A DNA stretch of 63,307 nucleotides, filler included, from Catajapyx aquilonaris (taxonomy: Eukaryota): the NCBI GenBank assembly GCA_000934665.2. It is 4 parts of 4 records of this genome, joined end to end, with 100 filler letters (N's around TTAATTAATTAA, not from the genome) between each part and the next. Parts side by side here need not be neighbours in the genome. Positions count along the whole stretch, not along the records: positions 47,581 to 63,307 come from JYFJ02007410.1; 3 more parts are not named here. The stretch is one strand, 5' to 3'. The notes under the pieces were generated by a model. The model was given only the letters and a program-made list of their open reading frames with translations. It did not search any database and was not told where the DNA came from. Below, in pieces: positions 61,441 through 63,307 of this stretch. The translations under genes and the position numbers were made by a program. Each line of letters opens with the position of its first letter. Position 1 is the first letter of the stretch.

Positions 61441-63307
61441 CTGAAGAGAAAATTAAGGCTTTCTAGAAACATTTGAAGGTGTACCTTGCAATGGCCTTTT
61501 CTTAAGCAATATATTGGTAAAGCATGACACATTTTCAAGGAGCCACAAAATTGGTGTAACTATGACACCAATGTTTACCTTCTGAGCAATAGTGTCAAAG
61601 TGACAATGTCAAATACTGCCAAAGTGTATACTGACAATGTTTCCTTTACCTATACAAACATTATTTGGGTCACATTATGTCAACTTGAATAGTCTCAGTT
61701 GCATACCATATGTACTTACTATGCTTGAATCTCAAATTGCCAACAAACACAACATGTTACAAGATCACTGAAACTATCCTTATCTGTCAATTTAGGGCAA
61801 GTGCTTTTTTTTATGTTTGTTTCTGAAGGCTACAGCACAAGTACAGGTCACTAATCTCACAGACTTTGCTCTTTATGTGTGACTTATTGCAGGGTCAGAT
61901 CTCAGTTAAGAGTTTGTACAAAAAACAGGAAGTTTTATCGACACATCGTCTCCACAATATTATGCATCTTTAGGATTTATTTTAGGGCATGCGTTTTTTG
62001 TACATTTAAACATGTCATATATGCACCACACATTAATTTATAATGGAAATTATCTGAATGGTAATTTCAGCAAAAAAATGCTTTCCAAACGGTATATTAA
62101 AACTGTTTATTTCCTGCAAGGAATGAAAGCAGTGCATCTAGTGCATTTTTTAATGTTACGGTACATGCGACTGTTCAGACGAAACAAGTTCTGGGTGTTC
62201 CTGCTTCATCATGGCCAATACACCGTCGCCTGCGTTCAGCTGCTTACTAGTTGTTTACATTGTATGATTGTACGTTTTGTGTATATGTGTTCATATCATT
62301 TATATCATATTCATCCCTTTCATTAACCTCTGCGTGGCCTGACCATCCACCAGAGTGTCATTTTGTAGGTCATACGAGGGGGACAGGGGCAACCTGTACT
62401 CCGCTGGCTACCCCTCTATGGGATTATTTTGCCGTGAAGTAAATGATGATAAATGATGACGGTACATGCAAATGAGAAAAAAATAACACTATTCTTTCAA
62501 GACAATTGTTTTTTTTAAAAGTAGCGTGCTGTTTAAAACGCTTGCTCTTAGGCAAGAAAAAAAACTAATTTCCAAACAATGTAGTAGGACACGGTGGCAT
62601 CACCTGTGACATTGTTCAAATTAATTGCGACACCTTTCCATATCATATCTACCCACAACCTGCGGGAAAAGAGGCCCTTTTCTGGGTTATCACCGGATTA
62701 ACACAATCGCATTAGCCGCAATTAATTAAACACAAAAGCCACTCGAATTCAAGGTTATCTCCCAATATTTGCATACCTACACCTGCAAATAGTTAAGCAG
62801 TGTCATGCACACGATTGTTCGACACAATGCAGTGATATATTGCGCAAAACAATGTAATACTGTTCAGTTTTATGTCTTATTTCTCTGTGACTGGATCAGT
62901 TGTACGAACTCATGTAAATACACCCAAGAGTTGAATTTGATAACCAAGGCGTGATTGACCACCTCAGATGTGGCAATGAAAAACTTTGGCTTATTATTTT
63001 CAGCTACTATGCAACAATGTCCCATGGGGCCAACACTATATGAACTCAAATTACGGAGGAAAATACTCGGATCTATGTGAAAATTGGTACTGTAAACATA
63101 AATGAGAAATTTCTACATTTTCTTTCTGACAACCGGTCCCAAATTTTCTACTAAAACTTTCTCTAAGTGAATAGTACACATCCAGCTGCCCCTCGCGCCT
63201 AAATATATTGATGAAATATATATATTTAAAAAAAAAACACCGCCCGGTTCACACTGTTACATAAGACATCTTACCATGTGTCCTGGCAAACCATGCTCCG
63301 AATAGGA

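Overview
Eukaryotic (animal, probably arthropod) genomic DNA. It is not one locus. Four contigs of almost equal length (at least 15,733; 15,808; 15,739; at least 15,727 bp) are joined by artificial N-TTAATTAATTAA-N linkers, so adjacency across the gaps is meaningless. Contig 1 (1-15733) is a dense mosaic of truncated mobile-element and gene fragments. It holds a Polinton/Maverick pPolB C-terminus and an internally deleted Gypsy-type element with LTR, tRNA-Ser PBS, gag, F-protein-like env and PPT. It also holds a second decayed gag, a receptor-tyrosine-kinase fragment, a piggyBac Cys-rich domain, a YqaJ-like exonuclease fragment, two further PPT/LTR ends and a C2H2 zinc-finger fragment. Every orientable coding or LTR piece lies on the minus strand, which is the architecture of a uni-strand (flamenco-like) piRNA cluster; this is the most interesting signal. 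Contig 2 is MITEs, tRNA-derived SINEs (two nested cases) and decayed repeats. Contig 3 carries a multi-exon secreted helical protein gene of unknown family and an intact 8-exon S28 serine peptidase. Contig 4 carries pseudogenised PARG and fibrinogen-domain exons, an intact 3-exon orphan coiled-coil gene, and the 3' exons of a FAM13-family gene. All protein-family calls are motif recognition by eye; no searches were run.
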